From Vicinamibacteria bacterium (lineage in GTDB: Bacteria; Acidobacteriota; Vicinamibacteria; Marinacidobacterales; Marinacidobacteraceae), in the NCBI GenBank assembly GCA_963422395.1, contig OY729431.1, positions 640,001-704,000 of the forward strand: a stretch of 64,000 nt of DNA, in the 5' to 3' direction. How positions within the stretch are numbered: position 1 is the stretch's first letter; every line of letters starts with the position of its first letter. The translations under genes and the position numbers were made by a program. Below, piece after piece: positions 9,287 through 17,700 of the stretch. Below the pieces are notes generated by a model. That model searched no databases and had not been told where the DNA came from. It was given only the letters and a program-made list of their open reading frames with translations.

Positions 9287-10741
9287 ATGGACTACCACTG
9301 GACTCCGATAGAAGATTACGAAGCACCCGATGCGCTGGCCCACCGCGAGCTGCGTTCGCTCGCTCGGGTGTGGCGCGACCAGCGCGAACGGCTGAGCTCA
9401 CGGCAGGCGTACCGCGATTTAGAGCAGCGACTGAAGCGCGAGTGGGCGATCGAAACGGGCCTGATCGAGCGTCTCTACACCCTGGACCGCGGCATAACCC
9501 AACTCCTCATCGAGCACGGCATCCAGGCGGCGGTGATCCCGCACGGGAGGGTCGCGAATCCAGAAGCCACCGTTGCGATGATCGAGGATCATCGAGAGGC
9601 CGTCGAGGAGGTGTTCCGGTTCGTGAAGGACGAGCGGGCCTTGTCCACGAGCTACATCGAGGAATTGCACGCCCTGATGACGCGGCATCAGCAATCGGTA
9701 GGAGGGATCGACTCTCTCGGACGAGCGACGGAGGTCCCCCTCCTTCGTGGGGATTACAAGCGCTGGCCGAACAACCCGAAACGGTTCGATGGTTCGGTGC
9801 ATGAATACTGTCCCCCCGAGCATGTCTCTTCCGAGATGGACCGGTTGCTCGATATGCACCAAGCCCACGATGCGACGGCGCCCGAAGTGGAAGCCGCCTG
9901 GCTGCACCATCGGTTCACGCAGATCCATCCCTTCCAGGATGGCAACGGACGCGTCGTCCGCGCCCTCGCGACGCTCGTATTCGTGAAAGCGGGTTGGTTT
10001 CCGCTCGTGGTCAGGGATCGCGACCGGAAGCGCTACCTCGAGGCTCTGGAACACGCCGATTCCGGAAACCTGAAGACACTCGTGGATTACTTCGCCCGTT
10101 TACAGAAGGGCGAATTCGTCCGGGCACTCAGCATCGCCGAAGATGTCGTGAAGGCGCACCGCGTCAGCGAGGCGATCCGATCCGTACGGAATCGGTTGCG
10201 GGCTCGCCGGGATGCGCTCGCCGAGGAATGGAAGAAGGCGCAATCCATCGCTGCCGCGATGCGAGATCTCGCCCAGGAACGCCTCGACGAAGTCGCGAAA
10301 GACCTCCAGCAGGAGATGTCCGATGTGCTCGAGCACGGCGAGTACTTCGCCGACGGTGCCGACGACCGCAGCGAACGGAGTCATTTCTACCGGTACCAGA
10401 TCGTCCGAACCGCCAAACAACTGGATTACTTCGCCGGCACGAACACCTACCGTTCCTGGGCGCGTCTGGTGATGAAAAACGCCAACCAGACAGAACTCCT
10501 GATCGCGTTCCACGGAATGGGGCGCGAATTCCAGGGGGTTCTCGCGTGCTCGGCGACCTGGTTCCAGCGCGTGGAGACGGCGAAAATCGAAAGCGAGATC
10601 GGCCCCGTTACGGCTGTCACCGACGAGGTGTTTCAGATCAACTACCAGGAGCCTCTCGATGAAGTGCGGACGAGGTTCGTCGAGTGGCTGGAGCACGCCA
10701 TCGTTCGCGGCCTGAAACTGTGGCAGGAGACCTCCCTGTGA
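9287..10741 (+). CDS. Fic family protein with C-terminal extension
   Basis: Fic motif HPFQDGNGRVVR; RBS AGAGGAG before ATG 9287. Confidence 0.85.
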   Translation: MDYHWTPIEDYEAPDALAHRELRSLARVWRDQRERLSSRQAYRDLEQRLKREWAIETGLIERLYTLDRGITQLLIEHGIQAAVIPHGRVANPEATVAMIEDHREAVEEVFRFVKDERALSTSYIEELHALMTRHQQSVGGIDSLGRATEVPLLRGDYKRWPNNPKRFDGSVHEYCPPEHVSSEMDRLLDMHQAHDATAPEVEAAWLHHRFTQIHPFQDGNGRVVRALATLVFVKAGWFPLVVRDRDRKRYLEALEHADSGNLKTLVDYFARLQKGEFVRALSIAEDVVKAHRVSEAIRSVRNRLRARRDALAEEWKKAQSIAAAMRDLAQERLDEVAKDLQQEMSDVLEHGEYFADGADDRSERSHFYRYQIVRTAKQLDYFAGTNTYRSWARLVMKNANQTELLIAFHGMGREFQGVLACSATWFQRVETAKIESEIGPVTAVTDEVFQINYQEPLDEVRTRFVEWLEHAIVRGLKLWQETSL

Positions 10742-10761
10742 ACGAGGTCTGCGGCGAGCCC

Positions 10762-10827
10762 TTCAGGTCCGCGAGTACCTGTGAAACGAAATCTGCGGCA
10801 GTCGTTTCGCCGGCCAGCGCAGCCACC
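10762..10827. repeat. 66-bp imperfect direct repeat, copy 1 (intergenic)
   Basis: 61/66 identical to 11736-11801. Confidence 0.85.
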
Positions 10828-10929
10828 TTCCTCTGGCTTCCCTTTCCGCCGAATCGCAGAAGCGTCGTCAGCTCGATCTGCCCGTAACAGGCTGATGGAA
10901 AGATCCAGACAACGCGCCCGGATCCATCG

Positions 10930-11529
10930 TTATGCCGTAGAAGACGCCGCCCGACCCGGGAGCGAGGACATCGAATCCTCGGCCGATCCGAATTCCAACG
11001 CTTGTGCATCCATCGGCGAAATCACTCTTATCAGCAGAGCAAGGATCCGGTTTCCCACCGCAACACTGAAGAGCCAGGTGATAAGCGGGATTACCAGCGT
11101 GGCGACCACGACCGGAGAACGGAGCACGAGATAGCTGGCCAACAGCCGATGCATTCGTTCCCGGCAGGAAATGAGCCATTCCCGGTCATCCGGCTGAAGA
11201 TCGGCGAGCGCATGATTCCACTGAGAATCGAAGTCACGGTCGCGCACTCTCCAATCGTCGCGACGAGAAGCGATGAGCATCAGCATGACCTGGAGCAGTT
11301 GCAACTGATCGGCCCAACGCACGAAGCCATTCATCGTGCTGCGCAACATTCCATAGGCAGGATGATCGAAAGAGATCGCAGCACCGGATGCCGCACGGTC
11401 GAACAATTCATCCCGCAATGCGAAGATCTCCTGCCGGAAGGAATCCACTGCACACCCGCGAAAGCGGCCCAGCAGCAGCAAGATCCCCGACAGCGAGATC
11501 GTCGTGATGATGGCCGTTGCCGTTTCCAT
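10930..11529 (-). CDS. Hypothetical membrane protein
   Basis: 199 aa; RBS GAGGAGGAG; hydrophobic segments at N-terminus and near C-terminus. Confidence 0.7.
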   Translation of the reverse strand: METATAIITTISLSGILLLLGRFRGCAVDSFRQEIFALRDELFDRAASGAAISFDHPAYGMLRSTMNGFVRWADQLQLLQVMLMLIASRRDDWRVRDRDFDSQWNHALADLQPDDREWLISCRERMHRLLASYLVLRSPVVVATLVIPLITWLFSVAVGNRILALLIRVISPMDAQALEFGSAEDSMSSLPGRAASSTA

Positions 11530-11554
11530 GTTCGCTCCTCCTCGATACCCGGTC

Positions 11555-11947
11555 TCAAGCAGGCGAATCGCCGCGCGGAGTCAGGCCGCTCGAAGTCCGT
11601 TTCGGGTCTCGTTGGCGCTCCAGATTCTGGAGGCGTGATGAAAGCCGTTCCACCGTCGTCTTGCGAACCCGCCGTTCCCAGGTGCCGTAGCCGAACCCAC
11701 AGGCGGCAACCAGCCACGCGGCAGCAGTAGAGACATTCAGGTCCGCGAGTACCTGTAATCCGAAATCGGCGGCAGTCGTTTCGCCGGCCATCGCAGCCAC
11801 CGATCTATACAGGTACGAAGCGATCCAGACCCACGCACCCATCCGTAACGCCGTAGTCACGATGGAGACGACCGCCTGGATCCATCCGGCTCGCCGCAGC
11901 GCCCGATTCTCGGCCCGCAGCTCAGCTGCCGTCTTCTTCCGTGTCAT
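11555..11947 (-). CDS. Hypothetical membrane protein (two predicted TM segments, basic C-terminal tail)
   Basis: 130 aa with two hydrophobic stretches; TACCGT -10-like box 6 nt before ATG. Confidence 0.7.
   Translation of the reverse strand: MTRKKTAAELRAENRALRRAGWIQAVVSIVTTALRMGAWVWIASYLYRSVAAMAGETTAADFGLQVLADLNVSTAAAWLVAACGFGYGTWERRVRKTTVERLSSRLQNLERQRDPKRTSSGLTPRGDSPA
11736..11801. repeat. 66-bp imperfect direct repeat, copy 2 (within CDS 11555-11947)
   Basis: 61/66 identical to 10762-10827. Confidence 0.85.
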
Positions 11948-11968
11948 TCTCTCACGGTAGCGGATCGG

Positions 11969-13645
11969 TCAGATCTTACCTCCTTCCAGGATCCGGGAGC
12001 GCTCGGCGAGGGTGATGGCGCGGGCCGCTTCGAGGGAGACGACTTCGAGGCGGACGCTGGTTCCGGGGAGGGCCTGGGCGAGGCGGGCGAGGTCGGGAGT
12101 GACGACGCTGCCGATCTTGGGGTAGCCGCCGGTCGTGCCCTGGTCGGCGCCCATCACGATCGGTCGGCCCGCCGGGGGGACCTGGATCGCGCCTCGGGGG
12201 TTCGCGTCGGAAACGATCTCCTGGCGGCCCCTGCGGTGGGTGAGGGTCGGGCCGTCGAGCCGGATGCCCATGCGGTTCGAGTCGTTCGAGACCGAGAAGC
12301 GCTGCTCGCCGAGCGTGCGGAGGCATTCTCCGGTGAAGCAGTCCTGCTGCGGGCCGAGGCTCAGGCGCAGCCGGAGGGTTCCGGTCTCGGGCGGGCGGCG
12401 GGCCTCCGGCAGGTAGCGGTTTTCGCGGGCCGCGGCGGGAACTTCGCCGGTGGAGAGTCGATCTCCGGCGCGGAGCGCGCGGCCTTCGAAGCCGCCGAAC
12501 CCCGCGATCAGGTAGGTGGCGCGGGAGCCGAGAACTGCGGGGACCCGAATCCCGCCGGCGACCGCGAGGTAGGTGCGCATCCCGGAGGGAGGCCCGGCGA
12601 AACGGAGCACACTGCCCGCGGCGGCCAGGAAGGACATGCCCAGCGGGATGGGCCAGGCGCTCTTCCCGGGGGGATGGAGCACCGCGCGGTGGTCGGCCCC
12701 GCCGAGGGCGGCGAGCCGCGGCTGCAGAAAGCGGAGCACCGGACCGACCAGGCTGCATTCGAGCCCGGCGGCGCCGTCCGGGTTGCCGACCGCGCGGTTC
12801 GCGAACGCGAGCGACGCCGGGTCCGCCGCTCCCGACCAGGGGACTCCGTAGCGCTGGTAGCCGGGGCGGCCCAGGTCCTGGACCGTGGTCAGGAGCCCGC
12901 CCCGCTCCACCTCGAAGGCTGCCTCCAATGCTGCCGGGCGGTCCGGAGGCGAGACCGCCGGCGCCGCGGGCCGCGGCGCTTCCGGCAATTCGGAGACCGG
13001 AAGGAACCGCACCCGGTCGCCGGGCCGGCAGCGGCTCGGCGGATCGCGCTCCCGGTCGAAGAGCAGCGAGGGATCCATGCGTCCGATCAGATGCCAGCCG
13101 CCGGGCGTCACCCAGGGGTACACCCCGGTCTGCGCCCGCGCCAGAGCGACCGAACCCGCCGGCACCCGCACCCGGGGAATCGGGCGGCGGGGGATGTCGA
13201 GGCGGGGATCGGCCATCCCGAGGTAGGGGAAGCCCGGAGTGAAGCCGATGAGGAACACCCGGTAATCGCGTTCCGCATGGAGGCGGATCAGCTCCGCTGC
13301 CGAAACGCCGGCCTGCGCCGCGACCTCCGGCAGGTCCTCGCCGTCATAGACGCAGGGGAACTCGATCCGGCGCGGAGGGGCTTCCCGCTCACCGCGGACC
13401 CGGCGGGCGAGGTCGAGCGTGTGGGCGCGGATCGCTTCGGGGTCGGCGGCGGGATCGTGGCAGACCAGCACCGAGCGGAAAGTGGGGATCGCCTCCTCGA
13501 AGCCATCGAACGGTTCGCGCTCGAGCCGGGCGGCGAGGCCGGCGGCCCGCGCATTCAGCTCGGGGGAGATCCTGTTGCCGAACTCGACAGCGAAGGCGGC
13601 TTCCCCCGCGTTCAGGATCCGCGCCTCGTCCAAAACCTCATCCAA
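11969..13645 (-). CDS. pxpBC: Fused 5-oxoprolinase subunits B and C (AHS1+AHS2)
   Basis: PxpB motifs IGFTPGFPYLG, VPAGSVALA, TGVYPWVTPGGWHLIGR; PxpC motifs TTVQDLGRPGY, SNRMGIRL, TTGGYPKIG; start approximate (TTG 13645 or 13633); downstream of pxpA. Confidence 0.85.
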   Translation of the reverse strand: MDEVLDEARILNAGEAAFAVEFGNRISPELNARAAGLAARLEREPFDGFEEAIPTFRSVLVCHDPAADPEAIRAHTLDLARRVRGEREAPPRRIEFPCVYDGEDLPEVAAQAGVSAAELIRLHAERDYRVFLIGFTPGFPYLGMADPRLDIPRRPIPRVRVPAGSVALARAQTGVYPWVTPGGWHLIGRMDPSLLFDRERDPPSRCRPGDRVRFLPVSELPEAPRPAAPAVSPPDRPAALEAAFEVERGGLLTTVQDLGRPGYQRYGVPWSGAADPASLAFANRAVGNPDGAAGLECSLVGPVLRFLQPRLAALGGADHRAVLHPPGKSAWPIPLGMSFLAAAGSVLRFAGPPSGMRTYLAVAGGIRVPAVLGSRATYLIAGFGGFEGRALRAGDRLSTGEVPAAARENRYLPEARRPPETGTLRLRLSLGPQQDCFTGECLRTLGEQRFSVSNDSNRMGIRLDGPTLTHRRGRQEIVSDANPRGAIQVPPAGRPIVMGADQGTTGGYPKIGSVVTPDLARLAQALPGTSVRLEVVSLEAARAITLAERSRILEGGKI

Positions 13646-13725
13646 GCCTCGACGGGATGGAGCGCCGGACTCGGGGGAGGGACGGGCGCGTCCGCTCTCG
13701 GTGGCCGTACTCCGGGTCCGGTGCT

Positions 13726-14481
13726 CTAACCGAGCGGACGGACCGCGACGCCCGCCGCTTCGAGCCGCTCCCGCACGGTGCGGGCGTTTTCGAGCGCCGC
13801 CGGGTTGTCCCCGTGGAGGCAGAGCGTCTCGGCAGCCACCGGAACCTCGGTCCCGTCGTGGGCGAGGACCGCACCCTGGGCGATCGCCAGCGCCTGGGCC
13901 GCCGCCCGCTCGGGGTCTCCGATCACCGAACCGGGGATCCGGCGCGACTGGAGGGTACCGTCGGGGTCGTACACCCGGTCGGCGAACGCCTCGCCGGCGA
14001 AGCGGAGGCCCTCGGCCTCGGCGGCCGCCCGCATGACGCCCGAGGTGGCGAGCCCGACGAAGACGAGGTTTCGGTCGGCGCGGGCCACCGCGCGGGCGAG
14101 CGCGGCCGAGAGCTCGGGATCGGCGACGGCCTGGTTGTAGAGCGCCCCGTGCGGCTTCACATGGACCATCCGGCCGTTGCGGGAGCGGACGAAACCGGCG
14201 AGCGCACCGACCTGGTAGAGCACATCGGCCTCCACTTCTTCGGCGGGCGCCTGGATCGGCCGGCGGCCGAAGCCGCGCAGGTCGTGGTGGCCGGGATGCG
14301 CGCCGATCGCCACCCCGCGGCCCAGGGCGAGCTCCACGGTCCGGTCCATGATGACCGGATCGCCGGCGTGGAAGCCGCAGGCGACATTCGCCGAGGTGAC
14401 GATCCCGAGGATCTCCTCGTCGCACCCGAGGTCGTAGTTGCCGAAGCTTTCGCCCATGTCGCAGTTGAGGTCGATCCGCAT
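13726..14481 (-). CDS. pxpA: 5-oxoprolinase subunit A (LamB/YcsF family)
   Basis: IDLNCDMGESFG, SANVACGFHAGDP, HVKPHGALYN, EAFADRVY, TLCLHGD. Confidence 0.95.
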   Translation of the reverse strand: MRIDLNCDMGESFGNYDLGCDEEILGIVTSANVACGFHAGDPVIMDRTVELALGRGVAIGAHPGHHDLRGFGRRPIQAPAEEVEADVLYQVGALAGFVRSRNGRMVHVKPHGALYNQAVADPELSAALARAVARADRNLVFVGLATSGVMRAAAEAEGLRFAGEAFADRVYDPDGTLQSRRIPGSVIGDPERAAAQALAIAQGAVLAHDGTEVPVAAETLCLHGDNPAALENARTVRERLEAAGVAVRPLG

Positions 14482-14488
14482 GGAGGCG

Positions 14489-14494
14489 ATTCTA
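14489..14494 (-). promoter_or_regulatory. -10 box (TAGAAT) of a probable leaderless pxpA promoter
   Basis: TAGAAT exactly 7 nt before pxpA ATG; no Shine-Dalgarno. Confidence 0.6.
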
Positions 14495-14518
14495 AAGAAC
14501 GGAGGGCGTCCGGCAGGG

Positions 14519-14524
14519 TAGAAT
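14519..14524 (+). promoter_or_regulatory. -10 box (TAGAAT) of a probable leaderless thx promoter
   Basis: TAGAAT exactly 7 nt before ATG 14532. Confidence 0.6.
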
Positions 14525-14531
14525 CGCGCTC

Positions 14532-14621
14532 ATGGGCAAAGGCGACCGGCGAACGAAGCGCGGCAAGATCTTCCAGGGGACGACCGGGAAGCGGCGGCTG
14601 AAGCGGCGCTCGAAGAAGTAG
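14532..14621 (+). CDS. thx: 30S ribosomal protein bTHX (Thx/PSRP4 family), 29 aa
   Basis: Manual translation MGKGDRRTKRGKIFQGTTGKRRLKRRSKK* matches the bTHX pattern GKGD(R/K)(R/K)T(R/K)RGKIxxGTxGK; below ORF-track cutoff. Confidence 0.92.
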   Translation: MGKGDRRTKRGKIFQGTTGKRRLKRRSKK

Positions 14622-14624
14622 CGA

Positions 14625-14687
14625 AGACCGCCGGCGCGAAGCCGCCCTTGCAGTCAGGACTGCAGTCGGCTTCCGTGCCGCCGGTCT
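14625..14687 (+). terminator. Long imperfect hairpin immediately after thx stop (terminator or REP-like)
   Basis: AGACCGCCGGCGCGAAGCCG pairs with CGGCTTCCGTGCCGCCGGTCT; inner TGCAGTC-AG-GACTGCA palindrome; poor U-tail. Confidence 0.45.
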
Positions 14688-15646
14688 CTTCACCTCCGGG
14701 TTCTCGAATCCCGGGCTCCAAAATCCCGGGTTCTCGAATCCCGGACGGCGGGTTTCTCAGGTACCTGCGGGCGAAGGCGCCGGTGGATGCGCGGGCGATC
14801 CACCCCGGGGTCCGGAAAGCGGTCCGGGGGGCGCTCGGGAGTTTCCCGGCTGGCACACCGCTCCGGGCGCTCGAAGTCGGGGGCGGAGCGGGCGGGGCGT
14901 TTCGACGCTGGACCGAGCTTCTCGCGCCGCACTCGCGGGCGGAACTCACGGTCACCGACCGCGACCCGGCACTGTTGGATGCCTACCGGCAGGAAGCGCT
15001 CCGCTGGGCGGGAGAGCGCGGCTCCCGGCGGGGAGAGCTGCTGCGCATCGAAGACCACGGCCGCATCCTCGAAGTGCGCTTTCTGCGGGTTTCGGCGCCC
15101 GAAGGGTTCCTCGCCTTCCCCGAAGGCTCGTTCGCGCTGCTGGCCGCCCAGTCGTTTTGGGATCTCCTGCCCCCGGGAACGGCGCTTCCGCTCGCTGGGC
15201 GCCTGCTCGCTCCGGGGGGCGTCTTCTACGCAGCGCTGACTTTTTCCGGGAGCACCCGCTTCGATCCGCCGCTCGGAGTCGTGGATCGGCGCATCCTGGA
15301 CCGCTACCACGCCAGCATGGAGGGGGCGCGCGGCGGCGACTCCCGCGCCGGCGAGCGGCTCATCGAACAGGTCCGCGCCCCCGGATCCGGCTTTTGCGAG
15401 CTGGCGTCGGGCCGCTCCGACTGGCGGGTCGTTCCCGATCCCGCCTTCGAGGGCGGCTATCCGGGCGACGAGCGGTTCTTCCTCGAAACGCTGCTCGGCT
15501 TCATCGAGAAGGAACTCCGAGCCGCGCCGGAGATCTCCGAATCGGAGCGAAGCGGCTGGCTCGCCGCCCGCCGGCGGCAGCTCGCGAAAGGCCGTCTTTC
15601 CTTCAGCGCCCGTCAGCACGACCTCGCCGCGCGGCGGGACCCGTGA
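14648..15646 (+). CDS. Class I SAM-dependent methyltransferase (start uncertain)
   Basis: Motif I LEVGGGAG, acidic TDRD, AQSFWDLL, LAPGGVFY; conserved part starts near RYLRAKAPVDARA. Confidence 0.8.
   Translation: MQSGLQSASVPPVSSPPGSRIPGSKIPGSRIPDGGFLRYLRAKAPVDARAIHPGVRKAVRGALGSFPAGTPLRALEVGGGAGGAFRRWTELLAPHSRAELTVTDRDPALLDAYRQEALRWAGERGSRRGELLRIEDHGRILEVRFLRVSAPEGFLAFPEGSFALLAAQSFWDLLPPGTALPLAGRLLAPGGVFYAALTFSGSTRFDPPLGVVDRRILDRYHASMEGARGGDSRAGERLIEQVRAPGSGFCELASGRSDWRVVPDPAFEGGYPGDERFFLETLLGFIEKELRAAPEISESERSGWLAARRRQLAKGRLSFSARQHDLAARRDP
14696..14744. repeat. 15-bp tandem repeat CCGGGTTCTCGAATC x3 (middle unit degenerate)
   Basis: Units at 14696, 14711, 14726; encodes PGSRI/PGSKI. Confidence 0.8.
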
Positions 15647-15647
15647 A

Positions 15648-15767
15648 TCAGTCGGCGGCAGTCCGGTCCCGGACCAGACGGTCAACTTCTACCCGGAGCC
15701 GGCCCGTTATCCGGTCGTAGGAGAAGGCTCCCACCGTCTCCAGACCGCGCTTCAGGTTCACGAACGC
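15648..15767 (-). pseudogene. Diverged duplicate of the ispG 3' end (40 codons)
   Basis: Translates [39 protein letters not shown] versus isp[36 protein letters not shown]. Confidence 0.85.
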
Positions 15768-15804
15768 CGCAGAACCGGCCGAGCGAGCGGTCCGCCGGAC
15801 CCCC

Positions 15805-16272
15805 TCACTCCTCCGACGCTGCCACCGCCACCACTACCAGAGCGACAAAAGCGGCCGCACCCATCAAGGCCCCGTTCGTTTTTCTCGACTTGGCAGTCCG
15901 TTCATAAGAATCGGCGAAGCAGTAGCGGATCCCTTCATCCTCATATTGCATCACCGATGTTGCGGGAGCAGAGGAGTCCACGAAGAGAGAAACGGCGACG
16001 CCCACGAGACCGGTCAACGCTCCGACGGCAATCCATCCGGCTCGTCCCTGTCGTTCCTCCGCCTCGGCTTTCCCGGCAGCGGCGGCCGCCGCGCAAGCAT
16101 CGCCTGCTTGCCCGAACACAAGCAGCGATGCCTCACGCCCACCGAACGCGGCCGAACCCAGAAAATCACGAGAAGCGGGAGCAGCTTCGGGCGGCGGAGA
16201 TGGGGCGGCAAACGCCAGTCCCGGAAATGCCAGCAAGAAAGAGAGAACGACCGCTATCGCGGAAGGGAACAT
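15805..16272 (-). CDS. Hypothetical exported/membrane protein
   Basis: Signal-peptide-like start MFPSAIAVVLSFLLAFPGLAFA; two further hydrophobic segments; AAGGA RBS. Confidence 0.65.
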   Translation of the reverse strand: MFPSAIAVVLSFLLAFPGLAFAAPSPPPEAAPASRDFLGSAAFGGREASLLVFGQAGDACAAAAAAGKAEAEERQGRAGWIAVGALTGLVGVAVSLFVDSSAPATSVMQYEDEGIRYCFADSYERTAKSRKTNGALMGAAAFVALVVVAVAASEE

Positions 16273-16386
16273 GGCAATCCTTTGGGCCCGGGGAAAAGCG
16301 GACAGAAGGAACTCTAAAATGCGGCCCGCCGCGTGGCGTTCATGGCGACTTCCCGGACCGCCAACGACCGGAGAGTCGGTCCGGGC

Positions 16387-16446
16387 CGCCAACTGCGGAA
16401 GGGCGGCTCGCCTTCGCAGCCCGTCAGCACGACCTCGCCGCGCGGC
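16387..16446 (+). pseudogene. Duplicate of the methyltransferase 3' end (frameshifted)
   Basis: RQL/AEGRLAFAARQHDLAAR versus RQLAKGRLSFSARQHDLAAR; GCCCGTCAGCACGACCTCGCCGCGCGGC identical in both copies. Confidence 0.85.
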
Positions 16447-16479
16447 TGACGAACCGCGGCGACGAGGAACTACCGGGAA

Positions 16480-17607
16480 CTATCGGGCCGCGACGAGCCG
16501 ATCCACCTCGGTCTTCAGCCGACCGAGTATCTCGTCGTAGGGGAACGCCCCCAGCGCCTCCGGACCGCGCTTCAGGTTCACGAACGCCGGGCCGCACCAG
16601 AGTCCGAGATCGGCGTCGTCGGTCTCGCCGGGGCCGTTCACCCGGCAACCCATCACCGCGATGGTGATGGCATGGCGCTCCGCGTAGCGAGTGATCTCCC
16701 GCACTTCCGCGGCCAGCTCGACGAACTTCTCGTTCTCGACCCGTGAGCAGGAGGGGCAGGAGATGATGTTCAGCCGGTCCTTCGGGAACTCGGGCACCGA
16801 GCGGAAGCGGCCGGCGGCGATGTCCCCCAGGATCTGGCGGCCCGCGGCGACTTCCTCCGGTTTGCGGGTGTTCGGCAGGGTGAGCGAAACCCGCACGGTG
16901 TCCCCGATGCCGCGGGCGATGAGCTGCTCGAAGGCGATGCGGGTCTTGATGATGCCTTCGGGGGGCATCCCGGCCTCGGTGACGCCGAGATGGAGCGGCA
17001 CATCGGGGCGCTCGGCGGCGAAGCGGCGGTTCCCCTCGACGACCTGTGCCGGGTCGGAATCCTTGAGCGACACGACGAAGCGGGTGAACCCCAGCGAGTC
17101 CAGCAGCTCGCAGTGCTCGGCGGCGGAGGCGGCCATCGCGCCTACCGGATCGTCGTGGAAGCGATCCTGATGGGCGGGATCCATCGAGCCGCAGTTCACT
17201 CCGATGCGGAGAGCGCAATCGTGCTCCCCGGCGACCTCGGCGAGATAGCGCACCTTGTCGGCCACCGGCCGCGAGGTCTCGTGGTGCCAGAGGTGGCCGG
17301 GGTTGTAGCGGATCTTGTCCACCTGCGGGGCGACCGCCTCGGCGAGCCGGTAGCTCTCCTGCAAGTCCACCGCGAGGTTCGCGCTCGTGCGCTGGCGGAT
17401 CTCGGCGAGCGCCTCCGCATCCTTCCGGCTGTCCACCGCGATCCGCACGATTCCGGCGCCAGCCTTCCGGAGGGCCTCCGCCTGAGCGGCGGTCGCCTCC
17501 ACATCCTGGGTGGGGGTCGCGCACATGCTCTGCACCGCGATGGGCTCCCCGCCGCCGAGGACCACATCGCCCACCGGGACCCGGCGGGTGGGATTGCGTT
17601 CGATCAC
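16480..17607 (-). CDS. ispG: (E)-4-hydroxy-3-methylbut-2-enyl-diphosphate synthase
   Basis: [41 protein letters not shown], Fe-S ligands CPSCSR and [12 protein letters not shown]. Confidence 0.95.
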   Translation of the reverse strand: MIERNPTRRVPVGDVVLGGGEPIAVQSMCATPTQDVEATAAQAEALRKAGAGIVRIAVDSRKDAEALAEIRQRTSANLAVDLQESYRLAEAVAPQVDKIRYNPGHLWHHETSRPVADKVRYLAEVAGEHDCALRIGVNCGSMDPAHQDRFHDDPVGAMAASAAEHCELLDSLGFTRFVVSLKDSDPAQVVEGNRRFAAERPDVPLHLGVTEAGMPPEGIIKTRIAFEQLIARGIGDTVRVSLTLPNTRKPEEVAAGRQILGDIAAGRFRSVPEFPKDRLNIISCPSCSRVENEKFVELAAEVREITRYAERHAITIAVMGCRVNGPGETDDADLGLWCGPAFVNLKRGPEALGAFPYDEILGRLKTEVDRLVAAR

Positions 17608-17700
17608 CGGGGGAATGCTACGCGGAGCGGCCCGCGCCGAGGGCCGCCGGCACTCCCGGCCGCTCGACTTCCCGAGGAACGACCTGGTGAGTTCGCACCG

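Noticed and set aside
10762-11801. 66-bp repeat pair as a diversity-generating retroelement TR/VR
   Set aside because: Mismatches are not adenine-specific on either strand and no reverse transcriptase is present
11969-14425. 818-aa ORF as a PxpA-B-C triple fusion
   Set aside because: The upstream part is off-frame relative to pxpA, which ends at 13726; only B and C are fused
14696-14744. Short repeats here and at 36603-36650 as CRISPR remnants
   Set aside because: Units are 12-15 bp, contiguous, without unique spacers; no cas genes in the window
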